Shown: positions 63,176 through 64,000 of the stretch, in pieces
Numbering within the stretch: the stretch's first letter is position 1
Layout: every line of letters begins with the position of its first letter
Assembly: GCA_011109175.1 (NCBI GenBank)
Contig: RDEW01000005.1
Coordinates: forward strand, 1,028,903 to 1,092,902
Reading direction: 5' to 3'
DNA: 64,000 bases
DNA from: Dicyema japonicum
Taxonomy: Eukaryota; Animalia; Dicyemida
Translations under genes and position numbers: made by a program
The notes under the pieces: model-generated
What the model was told of the DNA's origin: nothing
Database searches by the model: none
The model's input: only the letters and a program-made list of their open reading frames with translations

Positions 63176-63369
63176 TTTGTTTAAAAAAAAAGATAAAATA
63201 AAATAAGAAAAAAAATTGAATTAAATAAAGACTAGATAAGATTAAAAAAGACTTAAAATAGTTAAAATGAAGAGTTTTAAGTTTGATTGACTGCACTTTT
63301 TGAGTTTTATCGGTCTATCTTTAAAATGATGATCTATATAATAAAAGATTAAGTTGTCTGTGATAATTG

Positions 63370-63990
63370 CAAAATAAGATGATTCAACCTCTTCAAGAGA
63401 TCGGTCCCTTAGAAAATTAAAATTCTAAAAAGAGTTAAAAAAAGAGATTCATTTGAAAATAAGATGATTCGTCCTCTTCACAAGATTGGTCCCTTAGAAA
63501 ATTACAATTCTAAAAAGAGCTAAAATAGAGATTCACATAAAAATAAGATGATTCGACCTCTTCACAAGATTGGTCCCTTAAAAAATTAAAATTCTAAAAC
63601 AAGTTAAAAACGAGATTCACATAAAAATAAGATGATTCGACGTCTTCACAAGATTGGTCTCTTAAAAAATTACAATTCTAAAACAAGTTAAAAAAGAGAT
63701 TCACATAAAAATAAGATGATTCGTCCTCTTCACAAAATCGGTCCCTTAGAAAATTAAAATTCTAAAACAAGTTAAAAAAGAGATTCATTAAAAATAAGAT
63801 GATTCGACCTCTTCACAAGATTGGTCTCTTAGAAAATTAAAATTCTAAAACAAGTTAAAAAAGAGATTCACATAAAAATAAGATGATTCGACCTCTTCAA
63901 AGATTGGTCCCTTAGAAAATTAAAATTCTAAAAAAAGTTAAAAAAGAGATTCATTAGAAAATAGATGATTCGACATCTTCAAGAGATACT
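63370..63990 (+). repeat. Tandem satellite B, about 7.5 units of 83-85 bp, running to the window end
   Basis: AAGATGATTC recurs at 63376, 63461, 63545, 63629, 63713, 63796, 63880 and about 63962. Confidence 0.97.
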
Positions 63991-64000
63991 CATTATAGAT

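Noticed and set aside
62898-63296. 132-aa minus-strand ORF with CCVDC
   Set aside because: It is antisense to a CRE 3' fragment plus AT-rich sequence.

Overview
Eukaryotic, AT-rich, animal-type DNA. About ten compact host genes carry ultra-short GT-AG introns (about 21-31 nt): RRM2 (5'-truncated by the window), a divergent JNK-like MAPK, AHSA1, a small secreted C-type lectin, EXOC7/Exo70, HARS1, FBXL13, a C-type lectin/Thr-rich mucin/TM gene, SPTLC2 and RARS1. There is also one tRNA-Lys(UUU). The intron sizes plus a cilium-associated gene fit a dicyemid mesozoan best (inference; a myxozoan is the alternative). The DNA between genes is dense with mostly decayed mobile elements: about 12 CRE-clade (RT plus restriction-like endonuclease) retrotransposon loci, including two near-full-length copies with an N-terminal PHD finger; RTE-like and other APE-type LINEs (one with a decayed 2A-like motif); tRNA-headed SINE families; a hAT relic; an intron-containing Ginger-like integrase; a foldback-like inverted-repeat structure with 21-bp VNTR arms; and two satellite arrays that share two 12-bp modules. 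Single-base indels in housekeeping genes suggest the assembly has homopolymer errors. All assignments come from manual translation and motif recognition; no searches were run, and boundaries of decayed elements are approximate.
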